DNA of 64,000 nucleotides from Psilocybe cubensis (Eukaryota): NCBI GenBank assembly GCA_017499595.2, contig CM039003.1, positions 2,418,001 to 2,482,000 of the forward strand, read 5' to 3'. Shown piece by piece: positions 1 to 13,366 of this stretch (position 1 is its first letter; each line of letters starts with the position of its first letter). The notes under the pieces were generated by a model. It saw only the letters and a program-made list of their open reading frames with translations, ran no database searches and was not told where the DNA came from. The position numbers and the translations under genes were made by a program.

Positions 1-131
1 CAACCCCGTGGTCTTTACATGAGGATGTCCATGCAGCAACTCATCGTTTCGCTTCCAAGCTATCCGATAATCGGCCGCAGCGGATTCTGGATATCTAAGA
101 AGCAGCGATAACATAGCTGGCCTTATAACGT

Positions 132-897
132 TCAGAAGTGCCGATTCGCAGAAAGACGTAGACCCACAGATTGTGGCGTTTTCAGAAAGGACCGAGCACC
201 GAGTTTAACGTGACAGAGAAAGCATGTAGACAGCTTCCAACAGGGTTGTGATGAGAAAGGCAATGCATCCGAGAACGAGTAGAATACTCCTTTAGATGGG
301 TAAGAAGGTCGTTTGATCGGCAAGTGGTCGGGGTTGGCATTTGCTGTTGCATTGAAGATACACACGAGCCGACTCGGTTCATAATGGTCTGATAGCTCCC
401 TGAAGCGAGCTGGAGAAGATAATCCGTGGTCAGCGAGGCCTTGTATCACCAGGTAGCTCGCGGAAGACTCCCAAAGGAAGAGTTTGGCCCGTGTCCTGAG
501 CGATCGGCAAAAGAGACTTTGTTCGCGTTTATTCTATTTCCCTCGAGACAGATTTAATAAATATCTGAACTCCCATGAGATTGACAGCCAGAGAAAGAGA
601 CGACGCTTCCTGATTCAAAGACCAATTCTGAACAATTTCCAATGCAAACGGAGACAATCTCTTCAGGTATTGTAGTCGGATTGCTACCAACGTCGAGACG
701 GTCAACACGAAAAAGTTGTTGGTATGGTTGTAGGAAATTGCATTCGAATTCAATGGGTCGTATATAATCTGAACTGAAACTCCTGGGGTGACTTCGCTAT
801 TGCATTGGAAGTACTGGCAGTCACGGTGACGATGACTGTTGACAATTGTTGAGTTTCTAAAACTATCAAACGCTTTCCAAGCGTAGATTATGACCAA
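132..897 (-). pseudogene. Possible decayed gene relic (vaguely F-box/LRR-like agaric protein)
   Basis: Short protein-like minus-strand ORF fragments (e.g. LEIVQNWSLNQEASSLSLAV) separated by stops; no clean spliced model found. Confidence 0.2.
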
Positions 898-1232
898 ACG
901 CGAAGCCTTGGATCACAGGTTGCAGCCGATATGCGATTTATGCAGGGATATCATGAAGGAGAAAATATAGAGTCAAACTTTGCATTGTGAGGACCTGCCG
1001 GACATCATTTACAACTCAGCGGCTTGTTTGGCTACGAACACAAGAACAAACATACTTGATCCAACGAACAGTTACACAATCGATCAAAGCGTAGCTGTCT
1101 CCGTGCTCAGGTCAGCCACTACCTTTGGAGGGAGGTGTAGTCCAAATAGCTTGGAAATATGGACAGAGCTCTTGTTGCTTGAAATTGATTGGATTGGTAC
1201 TTGACTTGGTTCGGTGAATGTATGACCCAAAA

Positions 1233-2276
1233 TTAAAATGCAACATGCTGGAGTGTGCGTGTGCAATGTTCAACTGCGATGATGCGGACACCACGCAAAT
1301 TCTGTATCCTTTTCTGGAACATATTCCGAAGGTTTTCTATCACTGATTGGGGCTGGAGTTGCATATATTCGTTTGGTCGACACGTCCACAACTCTACTGG
1401 AGATGAGAACTTCATGATTGTGTGAGTGATCTCCCGTGGATTTTCTTCGCGACGTCCGTTTCCTTCAAAATATGTAAGAGAGCATTCATAGAAGTCGAGA
1501 GGCTTCCCAGACAGTGCGTTTTGGTGGGATACGGAAGGCACATATGCGATTGGATAGTCAAGGAATATGGCCGCCAAGGCAACAGCAAGTTCCATAGGGA
1601 TATCACTTGGGAGAGTATGGGAGGATGGCGTGGGTGATGTAGAAACTAGATCCAATAAAGAAACTAATAGTTGCACTATTTGTGTAGGGGGGTCGACCTT
1701 ACGTGTACATGTTAGTATCACTGACACGAAACAACCTCAGAGCTTGAGCTTACAATCTCAAAAGAGGCTCCAAGGTGAACGAATACTGGCCTCAAGCCAA
1801 TGTGTTCTTGGAATGACAAACATGTTGCAGGTTGATTGAAACTCTCGATCCGATGAAAAAGCAACCTTGTGTTCACGAAAAAGGATTGATCAAAGGATGG
1901 TTCGAATAGATGCAACACTGATGCAAAACAATCTCTGGTTCTAGTGTCCTGCAGAATTCTAGTAAGAATCGCACTTGAAACATCACAGAATGAGGCATAC
2001 ACTGCGGAGGTCCTCAAGCAAACGCGAGAAGAGGGCTACCGGATTCTGAGGCGCAAAAATATCAAGAAGATATCCAGTTCTACACACTCATTAGCTCAAA
2101 ATATGGAAGTTTTACGGTGACGAATGACTTGCGTACCTGATTGACTGTGCGACAAGGGCAAGATTACTGGAGAAGGCCATTATGTTTTGACCAGAGATAA
2201 TTTTTCGGAACTCTGGAATACCCTTTACTTTTTCTTGCACGACGGTGATGACGAAACCAAGACTGAAGTCGACCAT
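1233..2276 (-). CDS. Uncharacterised protein, probably DUF4504/UPF0739 (C1orf74-like)
   Basis: Spliced model: ATG 2276 MVDFSLGFVITVVQEKVKG...AQSIR|TGYLLDIFAPQNP..., C-terminal exon with AIFLDYPIAYVP, ending TLQHVAF. These resemble remembered family motifs (LRxxxLxD, LxYPxxY, terminal VAL). Confidence 0.55.
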
Positions 2277-3148
2277 TGATCCCTGACGAAGAAGCAGAAC
2301 CCAGTGGATGGTTCTCAGTATGCGAGCGAGTGTGTGTATGAATCAGCTTTGGTGATCTCGTTGCATGGAACAGAGCAAAGGAGAGGGACTAGGCTAGGCG
2401 TACGGAACCCGAGTCATGCTCAAGAAGTGCAGTGTGAGATATTTGCGAATGGCCCAACTTCAGTTATTCTTCGCGATCGTGTTTTGTCTGTAATGACCAG
2501 ATTAGGGTCTAGTCAATCCACAAAATGGTCGCGGGTTTGCTACTACTTACCTCTAATCAATGTGCAGACTAGAGACTGAGGAAGAACCGGTAGTATTTAG
2601 TCCGTGACTGTTGAATGAAAAGAGTTCAACGATTGATCGGGCAAGGAGGTTCCATGGCTTTTCAATCTCAACACCAGCTTTACTACCCATCCTCCCAACA
2701 ACGAGTAGATAATGCACCTCGCGTATCCTGAAGCGGATTTGTCTTCTAAGAACCTCATTCATCTATGACTTGCGTACGGAATTGTCGCGTCCGTTCAGCC
2801 GAAATTTTTCGTGGAATCACTGTCACTAAAAATGTTGGGAACAGCATTTTGGAGCTCGTATCGAAACCACTACGAAGCACGGGTCCATGTTCGATTCGTG
2901 CGAGGCACATGTTTGCAAATACGTAGATTGTTAGGTGAGATGTGCAAGAAGAAAACAAGTTGTTTCGTTACCTCAAATGAGGAGGCTGTACAGTGGCCGT
3001 CATTTCCGTGTTTGATGGGCGCACCGACGATATAGGCGGACCTTCGAAGCCTGAGTTGGACCTCAGAGCCGGTCTCTTCCACACCACCACCATCGCTGGG
3101 CGAAAACTTCGAATCAGGTATTCGAATCATTTAAAAAGAAACGACATA

Positions 3149-4748
3149 ATGGTTCCTGTTACTACATCAACCCTCTTGGTACGTCATCAATTGAACTACA
3201 TATCATTGACTTGTGGAAGCAACTCCATATTGAATTCACTATTTCATATGAGAGTGCTGGTACTGACTTGTTCATCTCATGTAGTTTGCTGTGTTACTCC
3301 TGACCACCCAAATTGTCAATGGCCTTCCACAACAATTCAAACGCGCTCAAGATCCAGTACGCCCCTGTCTTTCACATACCACTAATATGCACCGCTAAAC
3401 TGCCACTAACATTGACTTGTCTACAGGAAGTTTTAGAAAGGCGAGACTTGTTCAGAAGAGCTTCTGCTGCCAGCCCATGTTCAAAGCTGGATTTGGATGA
3501 TGCACAATCACGTCAGTAATACGGACAAAATTTCCCTAACCTAGCTGACTCTTTCCTCTAGTTCCAGGGTGGCCAAAGCTCGAGCAATACGCCAGGTCAA
3601 AATGGGGCGAGGGAGAATGGACAATCATCATCAATCCCCCCGGTGTAAGTATATTTCTGATATCTGTGCTCCGTAGCAAGTATTAACTTCTCCTTCAAAA
3701 ATCGCTACAGTATCGTAAAGACAAGCCTGCTACAATGTGTGTCGCGGATCCCGTTAAGATTGAGATGACTGGTTAGTGACCCTCTCATCGCAAATTTTTC
3801 TCAGTGGCCATAATATCTTTACAGGTGACTCGAAATGCAATGAAACCAGGAAGGACATACCACCGGTTAAGAAAGATTCTAACCACATTAAGGTCAATGA
3901 AGGGTATACAAATACGGGGAACTGGAATATCACTAGTGCGTTTGGAGCATTTATTCTCACTGATATTAGTGGACTTATTACCTCTATAGATGTGACCACC
4001 GCCGCTCATGCTGAATTTTTCTCGGGAAATTTCCAATTGCCCAATATCACCAAGCTCCATCTCGACTCTCTTACCGCCGTTGGAAAGTTTATCAATGCTC
4101 CTGACAATAGGTCAGTCCTTCCATAGCTGCTCAATGATAAGAACGCTATTTACTCATTATCACACTCAGCTTCGTTACAGTGGTCTCAAATGTGACTTAC
4201 AAGAACACTGAACTGACTCCGGTTCCTGATAAACATTGCATTGGAACAGTAAGAACTTGATCTTCACTTTCCTGTGTCATTGTCTAACTAATTTTTTTCA
4301 AAAGATTCTCGAGCAAGAGTGTATTACTCCCGCGAAAGGTCGTATTCAACTGGTTGCTTCTGGATACATCTGGTTCAAGTACAAGACCAAGGCAAGGCAT
4401 TACTTCTTTGTGTAATACCCTACCCTTACCCTGTTGCTGTAGAGAGCCCCCCTAGCCAATCCAAAAGGAGGAAAGCATTCTAAATGTGAACATAATCCCC
4501 CTCGCATTTTTGGAGATATTGATTGCTTACTTTTAATGCGATCTAGTTACCATTAAGATCGAGGATGTTCTCAGAAATGAGACAGAGCGCTCTGCTTGGA
4601 TAGATTTTAACGGATACATGAATACTACATGGCGGTATGACTATTTCGATGAATGTAAGTCATTACAATGTACGAGTCACTAGCATTATCGGTTTTAACT
4701 GACCCACCTGTGCCATTAAAAGGTCGATGGAATTTTAAATTACAGTAG
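3149..4748 (+). CDS. Secreted beta-rich protein, candidate aerolysin/ETX-MTX2-like pore-forming protein (~11 exons)
   Basis: Manual splicing gives an open frame: signal peptide MVPVTTSTLL|FAVLLLTTQIVNG, pro-region with KR/RR sites, LPGWPKLEQYARSKWGEGEW, ...GRIQLVASGYIWFKYKTK|RAPLANPKGGKHSKF, ...WIDFNGYMNTTWRYDYFDECRWNFKLQ*. The gene model is well supported; the fold is an inference. Confidence 0.75.
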
Positions 4749-4811
4749 ATTTTGGGTCGTATCCGTGTAAAGCGTCCATCTTGTGATCCCATGTCATCGG
4801 AAGTGCTATAT

Positions 4812-5824
4812 CTACACTTCTGGAGATGTTTTGCGTATGAATTGTTTCAATTTCTCCCCGTTACGCTGAGTGTCAAGCCGATATTTCCATGGATCATAGC
4901 GTCCTGGTTTTCCCTTTCCAGTCTTGAATCTGTGCACATGTATAAGTTCGCCTGCTTCTGGTTTAGCCCAATAGTTGTCATAGTTAGGAATTATACATTC
5001 GATTGGTGTCAAAGTCTCCAAAATTCTTAAAACGATTGTCGGGCCAAGGTTTCGATGCTCTGGCAAATTAGACAACTCGAATCGTGCCCGTACGACACCT
5101 ATATCATGATATTGTTAGTTTTTTCCTTCCAATCAAAAAAAATCGACTGCTTGCCTGTGTAAGGGCTTTTCATCCTCAGAGGCGGCTCCAATCGATGATC
5201 TCGTATCGCCATGAAATGTACCACATCCAGGGAATCTTCGGTTACAAAAGCGCAGTCCATCTTTTGCTGTGACACATCGAAATAAAAAGGCTGGTCCAGG
5301 CGGAAGAGGCAACGCTGCGGTGGTTTTTGCTCGAACAATCTCTTCATCTTGACGATTGTGTCTTCGTGTACTAGTTTTTCCTGTAATAATAAGGAACCAA
5401 GTCCCTCGCGGGTTTCATCCTGACGTATGGCCCGATACACATGTTGCGACCACGGAATACATGGGTGCCGAAGAACCAAATCTTGCCCTTCATGGAATTT
5501 CGCGACGTCATCACATATGCGATATCGTATATAACCTGCCATTTCAGGAAGACCGGGCTCACGGTGATAATAAAAGACACCTGGCCTGTGTTTGGGAAGT
5601 GCGACGCTTTTACTACTTCCTGGATCAGTTACATATAATCGGAGAAGTTGTTGGCCTTCGCGTATCTGTCCTAATGTAATCTAATAAGTGCAAGTAACTT
5701 GGAGAAGTTCAATACTGACACAGTAATTGTGAATCGGCGCGGTAATGCGATTCGGTTTCTGGCCAACTTCAACCATCTTTTCTGGCCTAAGTGTCTTTAT
5801 AAGTCGATTCACAGATCGAGGCAT
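4812..5824 (-). CDS. Uncharacterised agaricomycete-family protein
   Basis: ATG 5824 MPRSVNRLIKTLRPE..., then exon GVFYYHREPGLPEMAGYIRYRICD...SPYTG and final exon ELSNLPEHRNLGPTIVLRILE; canonical introns. Confidence 0.7.
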
Positions 5825-6574
5825 GCGCTTCTGAGGAGTCGACAAATCGTTCTGTAGAGTGAATCAGTCACTCGAAGGACATCATTGAATTCGAGTGCTA
5901 ACAGAAAGTCCTCGTTTGGAAAGAAATTTAACAAACGCAGTAACCGACTGTCCTTGTCGTAAAATGTACCCTGTGGGTCGTAGGTAGCAGGCACTTGTCC
6001 TGCTCCAGAAACAAGGCATTGTGCAGATTTCAAGGGCACTAAAAGACACTGATCTTGAGTTTGTTGGTAAAAATGTTTGTGCAGGGGGTGTTTATGTCGA
6101 GAGGGTTGCGACGCGTTAGGAATGTCGAGAGTCGTGTCCCAAAACGCTGTAACGGTCAACTTGGGTCAAGTGACGGTGTAAAGCTGTGCTCGGGGATCAT
6201 GATATCACTTCGCTTACGTTCTAGATCTAATCTGATTAAATTGAAATGATCTCATAGTCCTCCCAAGCCCTCAATTCTTTTGCCTGCAAACTTTCAAACA
6301 GTAAATCTAGTTGGTTGCGAAGAGTAGACTTTGAGTTAATTAAGTCTTCAGATCAGTAAACGATGAGATTTGGCCTTCCACCGGCCAAAGGCCTGGAAGG
6401 GTACTTGGAAGACTTTGACATAGTCAAAGGCAATATTCCAGAAGCTTCGATCCGTATATACATTTGGTATTCAACTTCTACCTACAAGCGCCCTACTTAC
6501 GGTCACTCCATTACCACCACTATCGTATATCTTTTCTCATCTTTAAACTGCACCAATACTCCCTGCTCTAAGCC

Positions 6575-8269
6575 ATGCCTTTGAACTATTCAAAGTGGGA
6601 TCAACTCGAAGTCCGTCCTCATTACCCACATCGATTTGCATGATGTTGACTGTGTTTTTTATCTTTTCAGTTGTCTGATGACTCGGATATTGAGGGTCAC
6701 CCTAATGTTGACAAGAAATCGCTGATTAGGTATGCATATCGGCTTTCAGTGTGCTTAGCTTCATACTGATCATGATTGTAGATGGAAGCAACGCGATATT
6801 CACGAGAAGCGCGAAATGCGCAAACATAAAATACAAACGTTGAAAGCGCAGATCGCATGCAACAAAGTTCTCTTGCCACGAATTACGGAGATTGAGGAGA
6901 CACTCAAGAATCCACCTTCAGATATGACTGCTCCTGCGTATTTCAGTCAGCTTGTAGAGAAGCTTCGTACCAACCCCTCTCGTGATTGTCCTCCAGGAAA
7001 TGACCCAAACAAACTCGAACATACCTACGATGGCATGCTCCTGAGTCTTTTAACGATGGTCAGCGAGAAGTCGAAGGAGAAGTTAAAGGAAGGACACTAT
7101 GCAGGGGAAGACATTGCACAGAAACTGGCTAAGGAGTTGGCAGCTGAAATGGGAACCCATGTCAAGCAGCTGGGAGAAACGATAGAACGCGATCAAAAGG
7201 AACTTGAAGAAGAGGAGCGCGAACAGAAGAAGCATATCACCATGGACGATCTTCATGATGGGTTCGAGAGCAAGGTGTGCCCGTATTTTTTCATTCATTT
7301 TGAATTTTGATTCACAAATTCTTTGTTGTAGTATGTTCCTCCTATACCCGCTCCAGCGCCCTTGGCTCCAGTGAAACCTGAAAAAGCTAAGGGAAAGAAA
7401 AAGGAAACAACCACTACAATCGAGGTCCTGAACCCCAAGGCAGGGGAATCTTCGACAAGCGCTCCAGCTCAAGAAGAAACATCTGACAACGAAGACGAAG
7501 AAGGTCTTCCTGAATTGACACCATCCCTCGAGGCATTCTCCAAGATCGCTGTTGGTGACTATGAGAAATCGTTTGAATTCATTCAGAAGCATCGCGATGT
7601 CTACGTACCAGGGGCAGCGGATGCCCTGCTTGTTGCCGCCTTCACGGCGCAGGGCGATGGCAAGACCAAGTACGCACGGCAATGCGTACACCAGAGTCTC
7701 CTCATCCAATACTGCGAGAAACTTGGCCGTGATGGAGTCGGCCTCTTTTTCAAGAAGTGAGTTCCCTCGTTTCTTGCTTTTTTTATTTGAATTGGGAAAT
7801 AAATGCTAATACATCGTACAGGATGGTGTCTGGCGACAAACGCGCCCTCAAAGTGTTCGTCGACGATTTTGAGAAGACCTACGAACATCTTGCCAATCGC
7901 GTCAAGGTCACCAAGGAAGAACAAAACCAAGCCCGCGAGCAAATCCAGCTGGTCGCTGAAAACCCCGATACGATCATCTCATTCAACGTCCCTGAAGGCC
8001 CTCCCCCCGAAACACTTGTTCTGGAAGGCCCTGGTACAGAGGGAATGGACGTTGAGGAAGTTCGAAAGGCGCTGCAGTTCCGCTGGGATGTATTTGAAAG
8101 TTTCGCCCCTGAGATGAAAGAGGCGTTGAAGTCGAACAAGCTGGAGGCTGTTAACAAAGTGCTTGGAGAGATGGATGTTGCGGAGGCTGAGGCTCTTGTG
8201 GGAAGCCTGGATATGGCCGGAATCTTGAACTTCGCTGAGGGTGGTATTCGTGATGAAACAGGTCAATGA
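6575..8269 (+). CDS. CDC37: Hsp90 kinase co-chaperone Cdc37
   Basis: N-terminus MPLNYSKWDQLE|LSDDSDIEGHPNVDKKSLIR|WKQRDIHE is the Cdc37 signature; also QCVHQSLLIQYCEKLG; 5 exons. Confidence 0.97.
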
Positions 8270-8970
8270 TTGGTAGATAATTTTTATGAACTAATTGTAA
8301 TTGAACACCTTTGCTATCCGTTGGGCAGCTTTTGGTGAAACACTTTGTTCGTCTATTTTTGTTGAAGTAAGAATAATTTAATTTGGAACCTGCAATGCTT
8401 TCCTGTGTAGCTCAGCAAGGATTTAGAGAATCATGGCTCCTGACAGATGAAAGTTAAGCCTATTGGTTTGATAATTACTCTTGACCTGATTGACTGACTC
8501 GCATCTCCATCTTTTAAAATTTTACCTTCGGTGAGAAGAGCTTACAAGTTCAATCAATCACAATTTTGACTGTTTTGGGGGATTATCGTAGACCCAGTGC
8601 AGGACCTGTCCAAATTCACAAATCAATCTTGGTCAAAGGCTGTTACATAGGATATTTTCCACAATCTGACATGGGGCCACATGGGTCATTGATTCCTTCC
8701 AAACAATATCAAAGATGAGTTCGACATGTCATTCAAGAATACCTCGAAACGGAAAGGAAAATAACTGTGTAGACATGGCATGAGAGATCTACCATGGATT
8801 CGGATCCACAACCAGGAGAAAAAAAAGCATTATGGAAGTGGGTTCTAAGATTTTTCTTTCTTCCAAAACCACGTACCGTTCACTTTCATGCATTTGGGGA
8901 GGTGGTTGTAGTACATGCCTTTGAATATGTCGGTGATCCACTGGCGAAGTGAAATGCTATATCGATTGTA

Positions 8971-10630
8971 TCAAAAATGAGGAATGAAATTTCCCCAATC
9001 GATGTCTAGATACCCACTAGGTCCCACGTCTCTAAGCAAGTAAAACGACTCAAACAACAGTATGAGGCGAGCAACAACGTACAACGGAAGAAAACACATG
9101 GAGGTAAGGGTAACGAGGACGGCAAGCGAGTCTATTACTTTATCAAATGTGCTGGCTTTTGTCACCTTCAGGTTGTCTATTCGTTCCTCGACGCCGATTG
9201 CTTGCAAGAAAGCAAAGAGAAGGGGACAAAGTGTTATGAAGAGAGAGAGAACGCGCCACATGGTCTGCTCGATAGAAGTCGGAAATTGGAAGGACCAAGG
9301 AATGCAATGTATGGCCCCAAATACAGCTCCACTGAATCCGAAGATATATGTCAGATGCTGAGATCTTTGATAAGTCATGGCAGGGGAGTAGAAAGTGGGG
9401 ACTGTGTCTCTTCCAGGCTTTTCTTCTTCACTTGAATCTGTTCCAAATAACTCCGCAACAGGTGCGATGAAAAGGTAAATTAATATAATCATCGGCCATC
9501 GAATGAGTATCACGACGATGACGTTGGCTTTACGAAACTCCTGTCGGAGCAGGTAAAGGAAGCGTGAAGCTCGTTTACGGATTCCAGTTAAAATAGTGTT
9601 GGATTGACGAACACAGTATGCAAAGGGTCTTAGCAAAGGTTTTGTGGAAACTTCTGACTGCTGTTAAGTCAGCGCTTACACAAGGCAAAAGGTAGGCGTC
9701 AACAATAATGCACCTGAATTTGTTCATCCCCTTCAACCTTTCCCATCATGTCTGCTAGGTGTTGGGCATCGAGATTGTCTAAAACTTGAAATTCTTCCGC
9801 ACGAATGAGCTCATTTTTGTGAGCATAGTCCGACGTCGGCTTTAGATAGACTCGAATGCGGCACTGGACGTCCAGAGGCTTATGCCACCACAAGAAGTAC
9901 ATCACTGCATTCATGCTGGCAAAGGCTACAGTCACCAATTCAAGCTCAGTGATGTCAAGGCCCTGGGCAGCGCGAGCAATGCATTGAATCATAAACCAGG
10001 TGGTCTGCACAATTACCAACCCTTTGCTGAGGGAGTCGCCTTTACTCTTGTCCGCTAGGTCTTCTTCCGTCACTACCGGAAAATCGATTTCATTTGAAGC
10101 TTCCAATTCTTTGAATAACGACACAGTGAGAGTTCCAAGATCTTCATCTCCTTTGTAAAGAACGAATCCTCCCATGATAAGAAAAAAAGCATGGGTCATT
10201 GTCCAAGAATGTTCTAAAGTTGATGATAACACGTCAATCACAAATGACACCCACTCCCGTTTGGTCTCTTACTTTTATACTCCTTTGCGATACTTCGTGC
10301 CGATATCCATTGTCTGATAGACCATGATAAAATCAGTTCCGGCCCTATTAGACCCCAGAACATTAGCCATGTACGCCGTATAGTTCTTTTAAACCAATTT
10401 TCTCCCGGAGGCGTGACGTTAGGGTGTACAGACACCCACGTACACACAAAAATGGTGGCAAGACAGCTCCAAACAATATCCTGAAGACTCCTGGTGTTCG
10501 GGCAACTACACTGCAGTGGATCGTTATTTGCAGCTCGTAGATTTAATGGATGAAAGACATTCAAGGGAAGAGCTTGTATTCCGCCCTCCCAAGACGACAG
10601 CAAACCTATGCTGAGCAGGAGGAGGAACAT
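8971..10630 (-). CDS. Uncharacterised multi-pass membrane protein of a large fungal family
   Basis: Motifs RSLQDIVWSCLATIFVCTWVSVHPN, WTMTHAFFLIMGGF, DKSKGDSLSKGLVIVQTTWF, ITELEL, WWHKPLDV, FGAIHCIPWSFQFPT; 3 exons; signal peptide. Confidence 0.85.
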
Positions 10631-11530
10631 GGAGATCGCAGTGCCAAAGTGAGTGAGGCTGATATTTCATCTTGTTTGAGTTAGGTGTGACGCCTGAGCG
10701 CCGCAGAAAAGCAGTTCCCATGAGGAATGAGGCGCATCAATTGCTGATGCGCGTAGCCACATCACATTTGAACCCCCGCTTCAGGCTCAGAACAAATACA
10801 TCGGACCGACGCCTCTTGGGACTCTTCTGACTTCCGTGGCACACACAATGCTCGGAAGATTTCTATGACCTTTCTCACTGTTGACATTTCCTTCTGTCTG
10901 GATACGGACTCTATATCGACCCAACACAGAGCCATTCTTTGTATTCTTTTGATGTGCTTAATCTAGTGCGCGTGCGCGAGGTTGAACCTGACGCACTCTT
11001 TCTGCACTCTTTTCTTGTTCAAGCTGTGCACTACATGAAACGGAGAAGCTCTCAATGGGAGCGAACTCTCGTTAGTTGGAAGGGCGGGATTGTTCCCTTT
11101 ATCAATTGGCTATCTATCGTGATATATGCTGTAATGCCCAGCATCCCATGATCAAAGTTGACTTCAGCTAACAGAATGCCATCTAAGACAAATCAACCTA
11201 TTACTTATACGTCTGGGGCGTTATTACGGCTCTAATCGTCACCAATATGTTTCCTGATGATGATTTTTCTCTCAAGATATAGCTCGCATCGCATCTACAG
11301 TTAACTGTTCTCCAACGCCAACCTAATTATAGCGTTCAGGGGTAGGTGTCGCTGGCGGACGTGCGGAGACCCTGTCGAAACTATATTCCGCATACACCGA
11401 CTTTCGACGTTTCACTACAAGATGACATGATAGCACTGCATCTCCGACGAATTCTGGACATACAATGGCCACGCTATAAGTAACCCTCACTTGGTGTGAA
11501 GTTGGATCGACATCCTCTTCCCGGCATAGA

Positions 11531-13309
11531 ATGGCTCCTTTCGTTGTCTACGAATTGTGGGTTTGCCTTTCACGGTTTCCACAGCGCGCTAAGTAGTGTT
11601 TAATACTGTCGTTTTCTATTTTCAGCGCGTTCGTCTGCTGTAGTATTGCAGCTGTTGGTGAGTCCCTCACGTCCAGTCCTCATGTTTATCGACATGCAAG
11701 TAACGATTTTTTTTTGAAGCTCTTCTCATATGGGACCATGTCATCACTTTCGGAAGGGAGGTACAGATCTTTTGGTCGCGCAAAATTTCTGGCCCAGCTA
11801 TACTATATGGTCTATTGCGATATGGAACATTGTTTGAAAAGATCGCAGTTATGCTTTTGGCTTCATGGTACATGACGCCTCATGTGAATATTCTTTTATT
11901 TTTTTGAGTGATAATATCATGTTCTCATATTTGATGTCAGGGATGCAATGTTGCAGTTCGGTTCCAAATCTTTCCGATGATTCTACGGTCTCTCGGATAC
12001 GGGAGTAAGTGGTCGCGACTCCAAGAATGTTCCCAAGTCAAATCTGACAGGTGTACGATAGTGTTTTCTGCATTGCGGGTATATGCTCTTCGTAGGAATC
12101 AGTGGCCCCTGGCTATCTTTGTCTTTTTGCTTTGCTTGCCCTCCCTTGTGATGCCTGCAGTAGGTTGAACTGCTTTTCATAATAACATGCAAGCTGATGG
12201 AATATTCCTAGTATGTTTATGCTCACCAATGGTCTCCTGGCGTAAATGTCTTTGGATGCACATTGGCCTACAAGGCATCCCCTGTCGAGCATACACGATG
12301 TGTAAGTTTTATTATCCAACAAGTTTCTAAACAGGTATTGAATGTCGGAATATAGGAGTTTGATTTGATAGTATACGCATGACACAATCCCTCATCTCAT
12401 CGAAATTGGAACAGTGAGAATTGCTGGACTCGTGGCCGACCTACTCGGCGAGTTCATTGTCATTATTGTCACCATCAACAGGACGTTCCATTTGAGAAAG
12501 CAAGCCATACCTCTGGAGGAAGAGAAGAAAAGACCTGGCTTGATGCATCTATTTTTGCGAGACGGTGATTACTTGAATTTTTTTGCCGATTGATGTTTTT
12601 AACCTAATCAATGGATAGGGAGCGTCTATTTTGTGTACGTTATTCCCACAGAGAATCATATTTTGATGTCAATACTTACGCCGAGCATCCCTAGCGCCCT
12701 GCTAATCTTGTCCCTCGCTGACATGCTGGTCCTTGTGGTAAGTTCCTTAATGCGCCATTTCGTTATCAGGCACTTAGACTAACGGTCATCCATCAAGTTC
12801 GATCATGTTGTGAGTTTGAGGAAGGTTGCTATCATAAAGCATTTTGACTGAAGCGTTTGAAATAGCCTTCATTTGCCACACGCTACGACTACTGGGTGGT
12901 ACCGTATTATACACCTGTGTGAGTGACGCTCATTGCGTTATCAAGGGCTTATTGACCATCTCTGCCAAACGATAGGTTTCGAACGATCATCATTTCCCGG
13001 TTCCTTCTAATGCTTCGGAGCATATACTACGATGAAAGCAACGACAAGACCGATGCTGACGGCGAAGCGCCTCTGGGATCGTTAAAATTCCAATCCCGCG
13101 TGATAGGGACCATGGGCGCCCCTGTCGATTCGCAGTTCGATGAATACTCCGGTCCAGAGCCATGGGAAGACGAAGACGATCTTGTTTTCTCTAGTGACCC
13201 GCTGGCCGCTGGGTTACTCGAGACTGACACGCCCTCACACGATTCATCGGATAACATCGGCAAAGAGTCGACACCGTCGGAGGCTGATGCTTCGAATATT
13301 GAAGCCTAG
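11531..13309 (+). CDS. DUF6533-domain 7TM-like membrane protein
   Basis: Spliced exons LLIWDHVITFGREVQIFWSRK...LLRY, FSALRVYAL, LFLRDG|SVYF, ISRFLLMLR, SRVIGTMGAP; many short introns. Confidence 0.8.
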
Positions 13310-13366
13310 AATTCACGACCAAAAATGCTGGCCCGACACCACAGCTTACTGTATTCCCGTGTAAAA

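Noticed and set aside
2304..3130. Short ORFs between the DUF4504-like and secreted genes
   Set aside because: No motifs or coherent splicing; probably a divergent promoter region.
7083..7709. 208-aa antisense ORF, plus similar ones over PRMT3, KIN17, GH5 and the last gene
   Set aside because: Shadow ORFs opposite well-supported genes.
8401..8460. GTAGCTCAG tRNA A-box-like motif
   Set aside because: No cloverleaf or B-box follows.
10723..10755. 8-bp inverted repeat GCGCATCA/TGATGCGC upstream of the membrane-protein gene
   Set aside because: Short enough to be chance; no function can be assigned.
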